DNA of 64,000 bases, taken from positions 7,866,492-7,930,491 of the forward strand of contig NC_057714.1 in assembly GCF_004010195.1 (NCBI RefSeq), given 5' to 3'. Within the stretch, counting starts at the first letter, position 1. Each line of letters begins with the position of its first letter. The notes under the pieces were generated by a model. It searched no databases. It was not told the DNA's origin and was given only the letters and a program-made list of their open reading frames with translations. The position numbers and the translations under genes are program-made. This DNA comes from Chiloscyllium plagiosum (Eukaryota). Shown here piece by piece: positions 51,721 to 64,000 of this stretch.

Positions 51721-54700
51721 CGGAGACCTATGCTGGCTTCGGCTGTGATTACGCTTTTCCACTTTCTGTTAAGAGCCAGCTATTTTCTTCTAAAGAGATT
51801 GCACTCTGGGCACTGGATTTCACATGAAGGAATATATGCGAGCAGGACGAGATGCTGCATTTAGCGGAATGGATTTTATTTTGAGGTATTCCAAATGCTT
51901 CCGTTGATTGTTCATTAATATGGTGAGTTATTGCTGTTCAAGGCAAAGGTCAGTGAAAAGACTTACGGGTGTCAGAATGTACCAGAACACGCTTAGATTC
52001 CCCTTTTATCTTTGCTTCGGCACATAATCCATTTCCAATAATATTTTATCTCCAGATGGGAAATATAAAAGAAATTATTTCGTAGGATATTGCTCGGATC
52101 ACATGCATGTGTTGTTCCTTGAAACACGAACAATCGAATATTGAAATCCTGTCAATGGCCGCTCTATGCTCGAATATGTACAAACAAAACATCTTATGTT
52201 TATAACATTGAATAGGACGCCAATATAGCTAGCTCTAATACCTGTTAATAGGAATTACATGAGGATAAACACATACTTATTTATTCTGACATTTTATTCA
52301 TTAAGTAATGTGCTTCAACGAATGATTCTTCGTCCATTTTAGAAATCCAGTCAGCTAATTTGTGGATTGTAGTGTCTCTAGAATGAGGTTATTTAGGTTT
52401 AACGTTACTATGTGCGTTGTTAAAATCTCAATGAATCACACCATTTAATGGATGAGCACTGCATTTTATGCTTCTAAATGGGACGTGTAGTGATTTTGTG
52501 AAAGAATAAGATTGTTAATCAAAAGTTGACATTTTTTAAAAAAATCATTGTTGCCTAAAAATTGCCTCTATTTGCTCATCTTCACAATGGTAGCGTTTGA
52601 TTAATGTAAGGTTATAAACTAGGTTCAATCTGGGGATTATTTACTAGCAGGCCGTCGTTGCATTGGAATACTGATTGCCTGAAGAATTTAACGAAATAAA
52701 TTAAAACGCGAGACAGTATAGGCTAATTCTGTCTTTTTAAAAAAAGAATACATGCAAGATGAATAAAAGAGTGGAAAGAGATTCGTTATGTGATGCTGGG
52801 GGTGCAAGTGTTGTATGAAATTGCACCCACCAGCGAGTCCTCCTCAGGAAAGGTCAGGGTGTTGCGATTTGATTTATGTTTTCGGTGTGCTGGGACAGCC
52901 GTGCCAATGCAATCTGCTTTAACGAATGCTTTACTTTTTATATATGACAAATCACATTGGCAATTATTGATAGTCGGATCAGTACTCTACCGAAACTCTA
53001 CCAATCTCGCAAAATAAAATCAAATCGGCTGGGGTGGCTTGGGGTGTGGATAACAAAAAGATCCTGTGGATAAGCAAAGTTATCTTCTGTCCTATATATT
53101 GGGCCTTTTGCTACATATATCTGAATTCAATATATGTATTTGAGGATGTCATTAGTTTATCAGATATTATATTTCGAAATGTATAATGCCGGTGAAATTA
53201 TCATTGTTAAGAATTGATATTTTTGGCCTCATTGACTTTGAACTCTTGTTTCGGCCTCTCTGTTTAAATTTTTGCATTATTTCGCCAGTTTTTAGTCAGG
53301 CCCCACTCAATCCGGCCGATCCAAAGTTAAATGCAAACACTGGGCAAAGAGTTTTGGTAAATACATGTAAAATTTAATTACAGTTCGGTTACAGCATTTT
53401 CCCCTGATTTATTATCCAGTCCTGATGCAAACTTGACAATATAAAACACATATAAATAATACAAGTCTTCTACAGTGTTTGAGAGCAAATGAGAGTTGCA
53501 TTAGCACAAATGTACTTCAAAAAGATGCACACGTAAGAGTGCTTTATCACCGATGTCCTACAGAAAATCTGCAAGATCCATCCTCGGCTTCTAATTTTCA
53601 TACAATATTTCACAAAAAAAACCCTCAACGTGCCTCAGATAGCATTTTCTCTTTGATCAGAAGGCTATGTTAGGTTTAAAATTGATTCAAAAAGCTAGGT
53701 TGATTTATTTTCGTTAATAAGCCACGCAGATTTAGTCAAGGCAAAGATTGCTCAGTTTCTCAGTCGACCGACGCCTTTTTTTTTATTCGGTGGCAATTAA
53801 TGGTCTCTCGTTTCCGTTCCAGACGATATTCTAAATAACAATTCTACAGCCAGAGACTTTTCAGAGAGACTGACGAACTTTCGGTGAGTTGTCTATACTA
53901 TTCTGAATTTTAAAAATACATATGGTCGTTGCAATGGCACATGCTGACATTACAAGAATACTTTATTAACCCAACCGCGAGCGACCAGTGAAATAAAAGG
54001 ACCACACCATGCTTTTATGTATAGATTTCAGGATAGGTCAAAAATAAACATAAATGTAACAATTACAGAAGGAATTACATACAACCATAAAGCATGCATT
54101 CTAGGCCATAAAATGGATACTAATTCATAGCAGGCAGAATATGAAAGTATTAAAGATGGCTGGCGGAAATATAAACTTTTGGTTTTGGTCTTCCAATCTC
54201 GAGCAAGATCTTTTTAAAAATGGAAGTTATGGCTGTTGTAATAAATTATCAACACCTGGCATAAAAGCATAGCATCTTATCGCTCAAATCAACCCAAACG
54301 TTCTCTGCTCTCATCGTTCACTTGCTCTCTGCAAAACTTAGCGAGTGGACGCAGGGAGAGTCGGCAGTCCCGAATGGCGTAAAACGTTTCTAATCGAGAA
54401 TTTGAATTCACTGTAGCCAGCAAGCTCGCGATGATGTTGGAAGACACCCTCACAGAAACGGGCGCTTTCACTTTCTTTCCAGTCGCTTCTTAATTAAATT
54501 TCACTGAACTAGCCCAAGTTATAACAAGTATTTTTTTAAAATCCAGCATCGTGACGTTACTTAATGCTACCTTCGTGCGATCGCCAGAGAAAGAGGGAAA
54601 AAGTTGAAGTCAGCACTTTAAGAAAGTGCTAGGACTGTTCATTGACAATAAAGTGCTTCACTACAGATAGAACATTGAGCGGCTTACTTGAAAAGTTGCA

Positions 54701-55804
54701 AACGAGTGAATTTTTGTCCCTATCTTGCCTCCTACGCTGTTTGGCTTCCCCTTTCATGCAGTTGCATCGCAATAAGCGATAGGAGCAAGTGTTTTCACTT
54801 TAGTGCTCTGTTTACAGCCTTAGTGCATGAAGTCATAAATCTTACGTAGCCATAAACGACAGAAGCATTGGTATGCATTAGGGGTGACTATAGCTCCTTC
54901 AGTTCTCGCCTCCTTTGCCTCGGTTTTGCTTCTGATGTGTAACTTTTCGCTCCTATGTCTGAAACACTTTTACTTCAGCGTTGTTAACACCTTTTCTTCA
55001 TTGAATACGGAAGAAAAAAAAGGCCCTGCTTTAGAACCAATTGAACCTGTTTGAAACAAGGCTGTGTTTTCACCCTGGTGCCATATTTCTTCCGCACTAT
55101 TCTCAAGCTGTACTTCAAACAAAGGCTTTTCTTTACAACAAGGTGTTAATAAAAGTTAGTACAGTGCTCTCAACGCGGAAGAGTAAACGCATACTCGAAT
55201 AGTGCATTCCTTTATTTTACGTCAATATCAATATTATTAAAATGTGAGTTGTTTTAAAGGGTAAGGTTTTGATTCAAGTTATGATTGTAAAGATTCAATG
55301 ATTGCCAAACCAGTGTGCTTGTGTCCTCCGCGCTGGTTAATTTGCATAATTTTCACTTGTGACGCTATGTTTCGGGGGAGTTTACTGAGCCTGTCTGTTC
55401 AGTACTGCCAGACAGCAAATTTAAAATCCGCGCTTTGACCATTCAATATTCATAAGAAACATACCCCATTTCTTTGGTATTAGATAAGAGCAGCCAGGAA
55501 AGCTGATAGCAGTCTTATCTCCCTGACCAGGGCACGCTACCATAATCACAGGGCTGTCCATCCAAAAGCTAGAGTCTTCTCGCCTGTTCTTTGCCGCTCT
55601 ACTATTTTCCCTTCCCCATTTGTCGTTGTCGTCAACCAGTGACTTTCAGCGTGTAAGAGTAAACTGTTTGCCTTCATTCTACTTAATTTGGAAGTTTTGA
55701 AACTCCTGCTTATCGATTTCCCTGGTGAATCTGCAAATATTGTGCCGTGGTCCGCGTCTATCGTCAGAGGCTAAGGTAAGCTGGACACAAATAGGCTATC
55801 ACTG

Positions 55805-55876
55805 GTGAATGGCGGAGTTTATGTCCCAGTGATTTATGACCATATGACTTAAATCTCGGTTCAAGAAGAGTTCACA
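55805..55876 (+). promoter_or_regulatory. Hox3 upstream element: PBX-HOX site plus DR5 RARE
   Basis: TGATTTATGAC at 55830-55840. GGTTCA-agaag-AGTTCA at 55858-55874, the RARE shared by Hox3 paralogues. Confidence 0.88.
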
Positions 55877-58800
55877 TAGTATAGCTTCCTTTCAAATCCT
55901 GACTGATAACCGTAGGCATTGAATTCAAATCTTTTAATTCTACTTTCTGTTTCTGCTGCGCCGCTGATATTTTCTTCTCCATTTTCCAAGTTTTGTGAAT
56001 TTATTGCAGTCTACTGTCTCGCCTGAGGCACCTATACACATGCACCAAGAAACATTTACTCCTGCTCTGGTAGATTCTGAGCGCCAGTGTTTTCTTTTCT
56101 ACTTTTTTCCCCTTGTTTTTACCGTGTTTACACTTGGTAGTGTTGTGGAGAATGCGAAAAGTTGTTGAAAGGGGCAATTATATGTACAGATATATATCCC
56201 TGCCAGGGTTGGCTGGACAAGTAGTTGGAAAAGGTTCACATTAAAGCAATACATGTCAAAAGTTTGTCATTACTCCATTTCACTCCAACAGAGAAAGTTT
56301 TTTTCCTGCTTTGTTGTCTGATTGGCAGCGAGAAGAGTATGTTAGAGTAACATAGCTTGCGTCTTAGTAATACAACGTGTCAGTTTACAGTAACAAAGCA
56401 TGTCTACGTTGAAACATATAGATAGAATAGGAACAGTATTCCTGAGCGATGGTTTCTTTAAAAAAAGACGAGGGTAGTGAAGAAGTACTAAGGTGGAGTT
56501 GCGGAGAATGAGATGCGTTTGCACAGGTAAGCAAGCTTGTGTTTGCTGTTGAGAAAAAAAATGGCGGAGATCACGCAAGTCCGGGAAACCACAGGAAAAT
56601 TCTGATGTGTGGGCACCGATTATGAAAGATTGCCAATAACTCCTTTCACAACACAAGAAGCAATCCACTACATTTCCCCCTCACAGTTTATGGCTGCGTG
56701 CTTGAGAACGAATTCTGATAATATAGCAAGAATATTTCAAAATTAAATAGATTATTGACAACAGTTTTAAAGAGAAAGCCAATATTAAATAACTTGTGTA
56801 CTACTGTCCTCTACAATGGGAGCCAGCCCGTTAAACTAATCCAGAGGCCTGCGGATTCAGGCGCACCACTCCACAGTTGGGGGCTCACCACTTTTTAATG
56901 GTTTCAACTTTACAAAATGCTTCGGGAGCATTAAGTGCTCCAACCCACAATAATGGCAGGCCATTCAGTTTAAGGACAGGACATTGCAAAGATTTTTCAA
57001 AAGCACTTTCGTTGCTTCAAGCTTTCAGTCCCAGAAGCAGCAAAATGCACTTTAAAAGCTACATTTAATGCCACTCAGCCTTACATGGTGAGGTTCCTTT
57101 CTCTTACAGCTTTAACAAATACAGTAGATTTGAAGACAGCTCCAAGTTCAGGTCATATTCAATCGAAAGTTGTGAAATATGCTTTACAGAAACCTAAGAC
57201 TGTATCAGATTTGAGAAGGTTGGTCAATAAGTTTGAACACAACACGCGGAAGCATTGCTTTAAATGGCCAGGTTTAAAACGTGCAGTGAAACCTTATTCA
57301 CCAGGAGCTTGAAATATTTTCCTAACAGATCCACAAAATGGATGGGCTCGCTGTACCAGTGTATTCTCCTTTGTATGAGTGCGGCGGCAGCAAAGAAAGG
57401 CCTAGCAAACAATGGTTTGCTCGCCTAGGCCATATATCTTTCTTAAAATAAAGAAAAATCTCCTCATGACAACCGATTTATAGTCATCTTAACTGGCTAA
57501 AAAGGATACATCCGTGACAAAAATATCGGATTTTTTTTGTAGATGAAACAAAATTCACAGGCCCAAACTGAGCTTTGTATCCACAATGTAAAATTAATTC
57601 CGTTTTGTTCATTTAACTAATTTAGTTCCCTGCGAGAGGCAGATTAAACTACTTTTTAAAAGAGATATCAGGGCTATATTCTTCAAAAGATGATAATTAA
57701 ATGAACTGAGCGAAAAGAGTAGTGTTATTTGCTGCCGGTTTCTGATGATGCAGGCACTTTCTGTGGGTTGGGAGCTCAAGTTTTCTCCCGGCCCAATGAC
57801 CCCCATACATCAAATTAAGGGCAGTTTCAGAGACAGAGCCTATTATCGTTTGGTTGGAAGAAAAGTTCACACCGTGGTCATGCAGAAGTACGCCAGTTTT
57901 TCAGGTTCCTACTCCCTTCGCGATCCATCATGCTTTTAGCAGGTAGAATTCAAACATTAAAAGGAACGCTTGGAAATTTCCGCCAGACCAAATGGTGACC
58001 TGCTAAAAGTGGAACGAACAAAAAGCAAGACATTTCTGCTTGCCACTGTGGATAAATCTGGGAGCAAAAGCAAATACTAGTTTAAATGCCTTGATGTCAG
58101 CCACAGCGCACTTAATGTAGTGCTTGTTCCACGTCTCGGATTATAGCAAGGCGTAACAATATTTTAAAACGAGGCGCTTCTCTCGAGAAACAGTTTCATT
58201 GCAACACCAGTGGTGTCTATTACACGAGAGGAATGTATCTTAATGTCACGTTAACACAACCATTCAGACAGCAGCAACATCTGTAAATACCTATTTTTAA
58301 TGCTTTTTAAACAATAGCGTTTAAACAATGCGCCATAATCTAGCTGCTAGTTATCATTTGAATTTATGTAAATCCATACATAACGTAGAGCTTAACTATT
58401 GTGTTTCATTGTCGAGAGTTTGAACTGCTAAAGTTGGTTTCTTTCGTTTTCACTTTTAAACAAATCATTAACTAATCACTGACTAAAATTTCACGGCATT
58501 CGATCTGCTTGAGTTGCAACGAATCATATATTTGCATTTGAGTCCTGTTTTGCACAGATATACATAATGCAAAGTTTTAACATGCCCTAAACGTTGGCTT
58601 GAAAAAAAAATCTGTATATACAAACAGTGGTTCTTCTTTTCAACTACCTAAGAAGAACGCTGTTCCTGGTTGAACCTACCGAAGTCCATGTTTCATATGA
58701 ACCCTTATGTAGTATTGTATTTCCCCGATGAGACAAAATAAAAGTAAAAGGCTGGACTCTGCAGCTACCGATCGTTTGCTGCACAACCACACTGAGCAGT

Positions 58801-58970
58801 TACTGCTGAGAGTCAGTTTTAAACGATTGTTACACGCAGGTTGCCCAGGGCTAAAACTGTGTGACCAAATATTGCAGCACACTTTTTATGGCTTTTCATG
58901 TCAGTTGCTATTGAAAGTAAGATGGATTTGTACCATTTCGCCATTATGGTTTTGTTTCTTGTAACCCCAG

Positions 58971-59086
58971 GTCTACCCGAAGAGGCCATTGGAAGAAGAG
59001 AGTCACGTGACACAGGGTGCCAATGTTATTCTATAAGGGTGTCAAGACCCTGTCAGTTTGCGAAATAAATATTGGGAAACAACGAG
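58971..59086 (+). promoter_or_regulatory. HoxA3 5' UTR portion with splice acceptor and proximal promoter module
   Basis: Acceptor TTTCTTGTAACCCCAG (AG at 58969-58970), ATTGG at 58988-58992 and GTCACGTGAC at 59002-59011. Confidence 0.75.
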
Positions 59087-59546
59087 ATGCAAAAAGCGAC
59101 ATACTACGACAGCTCTGCAATTTTCGGAGGTTACACATACCAAGGAACAAATGGTTTTAACTACAATGCCAGTCAGCAACAATATCCGCCTTCTTCTCAT
59201 GTGGAAAATGACTATCATCGGCCGGCCTGCTCTCTGCAGTCACCGGCTAACACTGTCCCCCATCACAAACCCAACGATATCAATGAAAGTTGCATGCGAA
59301 CCAGTGCCAGTCAACCGAGCCACCACGCAGCCATTGCAGAGCAGCAGCAACAGAAGCAGCCACCACCTCCACCACCACCACCACCATCTGTCTCACCACC
59401 CCAGAATACCAGCAACAACTCGACCCAGTCCAGCACAAACAAAAATCCTACACTTACCTCACAAACAACTATCAGTAAACAAATATTCCCCTGGATGAAA
59501 GAGTCGCGCCAAAACGCCAAGCAAAAAACCAGCAGTTCCAGTTCAG
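59087..59546 (+). CDS. HOXA3: Homeobox protein Hox-A3, coding exon 1
   Basis: [16 protein letters not shown]...[11 protein letters not shown]...[17 protein letters not shown]. Donor CAG|GTATAA at 59547. Confidence 0.97.
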
Positions 59547-60529
59547 GTATAAAATGTCATGTCTAACCTTTTGATTACCAATTGACATAGCATTGTTACA
59601 GTGAGTGAAGTTACTAATTGAGCCAGTTGAATTTTATAGGCATTACCTTCATCTCAATAATATCTGCACAACTAAATCCTTTCAATCCTGTGGAACAGTG
59701 ACCTAAAATAATATATGGGTCATTATCAAACAATCATAAGGCATTTAATTAACGAAGAATGAAACTAATATGTATTCAGTTTAAGTTAGACAATTAAACT
59801 GTACAATACCAGGAAACAGTTGGACAAGTGTGTCTCAGAGGACCATAGGTGTTTTGTATATGTATATAATGGTATAGATTTAAGGAGATGCAACATATTT
59901 ATACATATTTACATAGACATTTCAATCTCCAGTAATGTATCCTCCACACACCCAGCCCCGTTTTTTCCCACTTTCCTCTTCTCTCTCTCTGCCTCGCCCT
60001 TTCCTTTCTTTCTCCCTTTCCCTCGCCCATCACTCTTCCTTATGAATGGACATTCTCACTGGTAGAAAATGGGGAGCCGGTGATGTAGGAATAATGTCAT
60101 TGCACTAGTAATCCAGAGCTGCAGGCTAATGTTCTGAGGCCAAGGATTCCAATGCATTTGTGGTAGAAAATGAAATGGATTGATATCTCAAATGAAAAAG
60201 CTACCTTAATGATACCCATGAAACCACAGCTGATTGTTGAAAACACCCACCTGGTTCACTAATGTCCTTTAGAAAAGGAAATCAGCCAACCTTACCTGGT
60301 ATGATCTGAACAGTGAAATAGTTTAACTCTTGACTGCCTTCAGGCAATTAGGAAAAATGATAAATGCTGGCTTAGCCAGTGGGACCCATGTCCCATGACA
60401 AGTTCAAAAAAATCCACATTTATTTTAACTTTCCCAGTTATATAATAATGACGTTTTATTTAAAAAAAGGTAAAGTCATTAAAGTCCCAGAGAAGCATTG
60501 ATGTTTTGCATATGCATATAATGATATAG

Positions 60530-60735
60530 GCAAAAGTGAGGACTGCAGATGCTGGAAACCAGAGTTTAGATTAGGGTGATGCTGGAAAAGGACAGCGGGT
60601 CAGGCACCATCCGAGGACCAGAAAAATCGACGTTTCAGGCAAAAGTTTCCTGATGAAGGGCTTTTGACCGAAACATCGATTTTTCTGCTCCTCCTATGCT
60701 GCCTGACCTACTGTGCTTTTCCAGCACCACCCTAG
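60530..60735. mobile_element. Short palindromic non-autonomous shark repeat (Penelope-derived/MITE-like) with 13-bp target-site duplication
   Basis: Inverted arms at 60572-60645 and 60661-60734. Direct repeat TATAATGATATAG at 60517-60529 and 60736-60748. The CTGCAGATGCTGGAAA start is typical of elasmobranch repeats. Confidence 0.85.
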
Positions 60736-61194
60736 TATAATGATATAGTTCTAAGGAGATGTGATGTATTTACATAACATAAACATTCAAATCTCTAGCA
60801 ATGTGCTTACATTTCACTCATTTCAGCTAAACATATTAAAAACCAAGGGTTTGGACTGAAGTGATATTATATATTGAATTCTTAGTTTTAATAGGATACA
60901 TATAGAATTGAAGTTGTAATGTCTATTGCTTATCAACATATATGGAAATTTATGCATGCAGATGATTCCAATTGATAAAAGAAGTGAGTTGTAAACAAGT
61001 GAGCTTGTATTGGTCAAAATGATTTTGTGAGGTTAAATATCAGATATACATTTGTGGGATTCAAATTAAATTCACAGAGATACATATATTAACTCAGAAC
61101 ATGTACATAACCAGTTGTCATCAATTTTGCATGAACTATAATAATTCTGTGGACTCCAATTAGTTAGGGTAACATAACTCAAAACATGCCATAT

Positions 61195-61492
61195 TCAGAT
61201 GTTGAAAGTATGAAATGAGACAGATAATGCTAGAGAAAACAGAAGGCCTGGCAACATCTGTGGGAAGAGAATCAATGTTAACATTTCAGATTGGTGATGT
61301 TTCCTTAGTACTAGGATAAGTTATAGATGAATAGCTATTAAGCTAATTCTTTGTCCAACATTTTCCCTTTCACTTAAAAGAATATATTACATTCTAACTT
61401 TTCTCCAGTTCTAATGACCTGAAATCTTAATTTTGTATTTCTCTCCAGAGATGCTTGCTGTGTGTTTCCAACATTTGCCATGTTTACTTCAA
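61195..61492. mobile_element. Older degenerate related palindromic shark repeat
   Basis: GGCAACATCTGTGGGAAGAGAATCAATGTTAACATTTCAG pairs loosely with CTGAAATCTTAATTTTGTATTTCTCTCCAGAGATGCT. Boundaries are approximate. Confidence 0.65.
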
Positions 61493-62140
61493 AATTATGA
61501 TGAGAAGATTTGATTCACCAGTACTTGTAGTTGGCACAAAATCAAATATTGCTCGTCAAATGTTTCTTAGCTGTCACACAATCATTTTAAGATGATCTTT
61601 CTTATCATTTTTGATACAATTGTGGCATAAAGGAGTGAATTCTTATGAATGGGGGAAGGGCAGTCACAGTTGTTGGCTTATATTTGCATGTAAGTTGGTT
61701 CAGGTAACAAAGAAGTCAGGTTTACGTTTAAGAAAATGCCCCCAATTAGTAATTAGATATCTATGTAAGCTGCCAATACAATGCTCTTTGAATATATTGC
61801 TGTTTTTAAAATGCTGGTTCTAGTGATTGTAGCACAAATCAAATTGGAGTGTTGTTTTGGCATTCCTGATTCAAAACAGAACATTCTAGTTGAGATAGCT
61901 AATGGTTTGTGCATGATCATATCTCTATTATTAAGTGTGATAGCTGAAGAAATTAGTAAAATTACATATATTTTTGGAGATAGAGAATATGTAGTTATGA
62001 TTTTGGATTAATATGTTAATGTAAGTTATTGAAAATAATTCAGGCAATGTCATAGAGTTTTATTCTATACGTTGTGTGACATATTTGCAACATCTAGAAT
62101 TCCCAATGACTGATGGAAACTTTGTTTTCTTTATCTCCAG

Positions 62141-62913
62141 TTGAAAGTTCTGCTGGTGAAAAGAGTCCTCCGGGTCCAGCCTCCAAGAGGGCACGCACAG
62201 CATACACCAGTGCCCAACTGGTAGAACTGGAGAAGGAATTTCACTTTAACCGCTATCTTTGTAGGCCAAGGAGGGTTGAAATGGCCAATCTGTTAAACCT
62301 CACTGAAAGACAGATTAAAATCTGGTTCCAAAATCGGAGAATGAAGTACAAAAAGGATCAAAAAGCGAAAGGCATGCTAACTTCTTCTGGTGGACAGTCA
62401 CCCTGTAGAAGCCCCATCCCACCATCAGCTGCTGGAGGATATGTAAACTCGATGCATTCCTTGACAACCAGTGCTCCATATGACCCACACTCGCCTACGT
62501 CCTTCAGTAAACCTCATCAAAATGCCTATGCTATTCCTACGTCTTATCCTGGGCCCCTCAACAGTTGCCCACCTCCACAGAAGAGGTATGCTGGGACTGC
62601 AGCTGTGACGCCTGAGTATGACACACACCCTCTTCAAGGCAATGGTGGCTATGGAACTCCTCATTTACAGGGTAGCCCAGTCTATGTTGGAGGAAACTTT
62701 GTGGAATCCATGCCAAGCTCTGGGCCTTCCCTTTTCAGCCTAACCCACCTTGGTCATCCTTCCTCTGGAAATATGGACTATAACAGTGCAGGGCCAATGA
62801 CAAGCAACCATCACCATGGACCTTGCGAACCACATCCCACTTATACAGACCTTTCTTCACACCATCCTTCTCAGGGAAGAATTCAGGAAGCACCCAAGCT
62901 GACCCATCTGTAG
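62141..62913 (+). CDS. HOXA3: Homeobox protein Hox-A3, coding exon 2; spliced protein 410 aa
   Basis: Acceptor TTTATCTCCAG to 62140. Encodes [40 protein letters not shown]...[16 protein letters not shown] at 62911-62913. Confidence 0.98.
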
Positions 62914-63187
62914 TGGACCAGTTAGCTCTTGGTGGACTATCACTTTCTCATGCTTTTATATCACGTTATCTATGATTACATCCCCTCTTCCACCTTTCCC
63001 TTTTTTCTTTAGTATCAACCCTTATAGTTTACATGTAATGTACCTAATGACAACCAATCTTTGCTTGCATTGCTCTGTCACTGGTTAGTGGTTGCTCTTT
63101 TCATGGACTCCAGCCTTAACATTCAGTAGTAGAAGTGAAGTACTAAGGCTTACAGAACTTTGCATATATAATCTTCTACTTTATGGA

Positions 63188-63333
63188 ACAGGGTATATGA
63201 ACAAATTTTCTAAAAAAAACTTAAACGTGAATTTGTTCGTGCTTTATTTTTCCTTACGAGGAATGGTAAAATGGTTTATATTGCACTTCTTTACATTGAA
63301 TAGTTAAACAAGATCAAAGCGCTTGTACAGGGT
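63188..63333 (+). promoter_or_regulatory. miR-10 target sites in HoxA3 3' UTR
   Basis: 8mer ACAGGGTA at 63188-63195 and TACAGGGT at 63326-63333. Confidence 0.75.
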
Positions 63334-64000
63334 CCCCCTGGGCAAATAAGAGTTCTTGTCCATCTTTCAGTATGTATGTATGCTGGTGAACATTCAAATT
63401 TATTTATTTGCTCTTGCAAAGGAGAATATTCTAAGTGTTTAAAGTATTATTTATCCCCATTGACGCATATTTATAAATAGAACTGTACATTGACTATTTA
63501 CTTGGTTCTGTTCAGTCTTCTGTTTTAAGTCATGGTAAATATTTTTTTTAAATTCCTGTAAGATACACAGAAAAGTAGTTTTCTGTTAGTAATGTATTCA
63601 TTAAAAACGCAATTTGGTCAATTGTGGGAATAACGCCAAGAAAAGGGACTTAGTCTGTAACTGTAGTATTCTTAAAATGGAACACAAAATTGCCACAATT
63701 TTGTTTTAGGTATGCATTCCATGCTGCAAATGAGATATCCGTTGAACAGCTAGTTCTGACGAATAAATTTTTTTGTCAGCAATACTGTGTTGCTTGTAGT
63801 GTTAATTTCAACGAATTGCATAGTATGTTTTTCTTCTAAAATATTTGCAAAATATGTAAATTCATTCAGTAATACACAGCATAGCACACAGCTCAGTAGT
63901 CAGGTTCCTTTGTGTTGTGTGGCTATAACCAAGTGCCTCAACCCCCACACTGTAACATCATCCATTATCATGTGGCTTGCATCTGTCTCCAATGCTGCAT

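Noticed and set aside
58643-58650. miR-196 8mer ACTACCTA
   Set aside because: It is intronic, upstream of the HoxA3 acceptor, and not in a 3' UTR.

Overview
This is eukaryotic DNA: the central-to-anterior part of a vertebrate HoxA cluster, almost certainly from a shark. That assignment rests on the protein sequences, the AT-rich and nearly repeat-free intergenic DNA, and a shark-type palindromic repeat. All genes are on the + strand in the order miR-196, HoxA9, (HoxA8 relic), HoxA7, HoxA6, HoxA5, HoxA4, HoxA3. Each gene has two coding exons joined by a phase-1 GT-AG intron. Recognisable regulatory elements include three DR5 RAREs, the H8/7-6 four-cluster element, HB1 intron elements, the Hoxa3 r5/r6 Maf enhancer, and miR-196 and miR-10 target sites. 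The most notable observations are: (1) a decayed HoxA8 gene whose promoter, N-terminus, splice acceptor, homeobox and C-terminus remain readable in order; (2) an ATTGG-N10-12-E-box module repeated at every promoter; (3) three internal promoters flanked by outward-facing splice donors on both strands; (4) absence of the HOXA9T splice acceptor; (5) a broken HoxA5 upstream ORF; (6) a sharp CpG-depletion boundary at the HoxA3 intron, where the only recognisable transposon insertions lie. All coordinates were read by eye, and homology statements come from recalled knowledge, not from searches.
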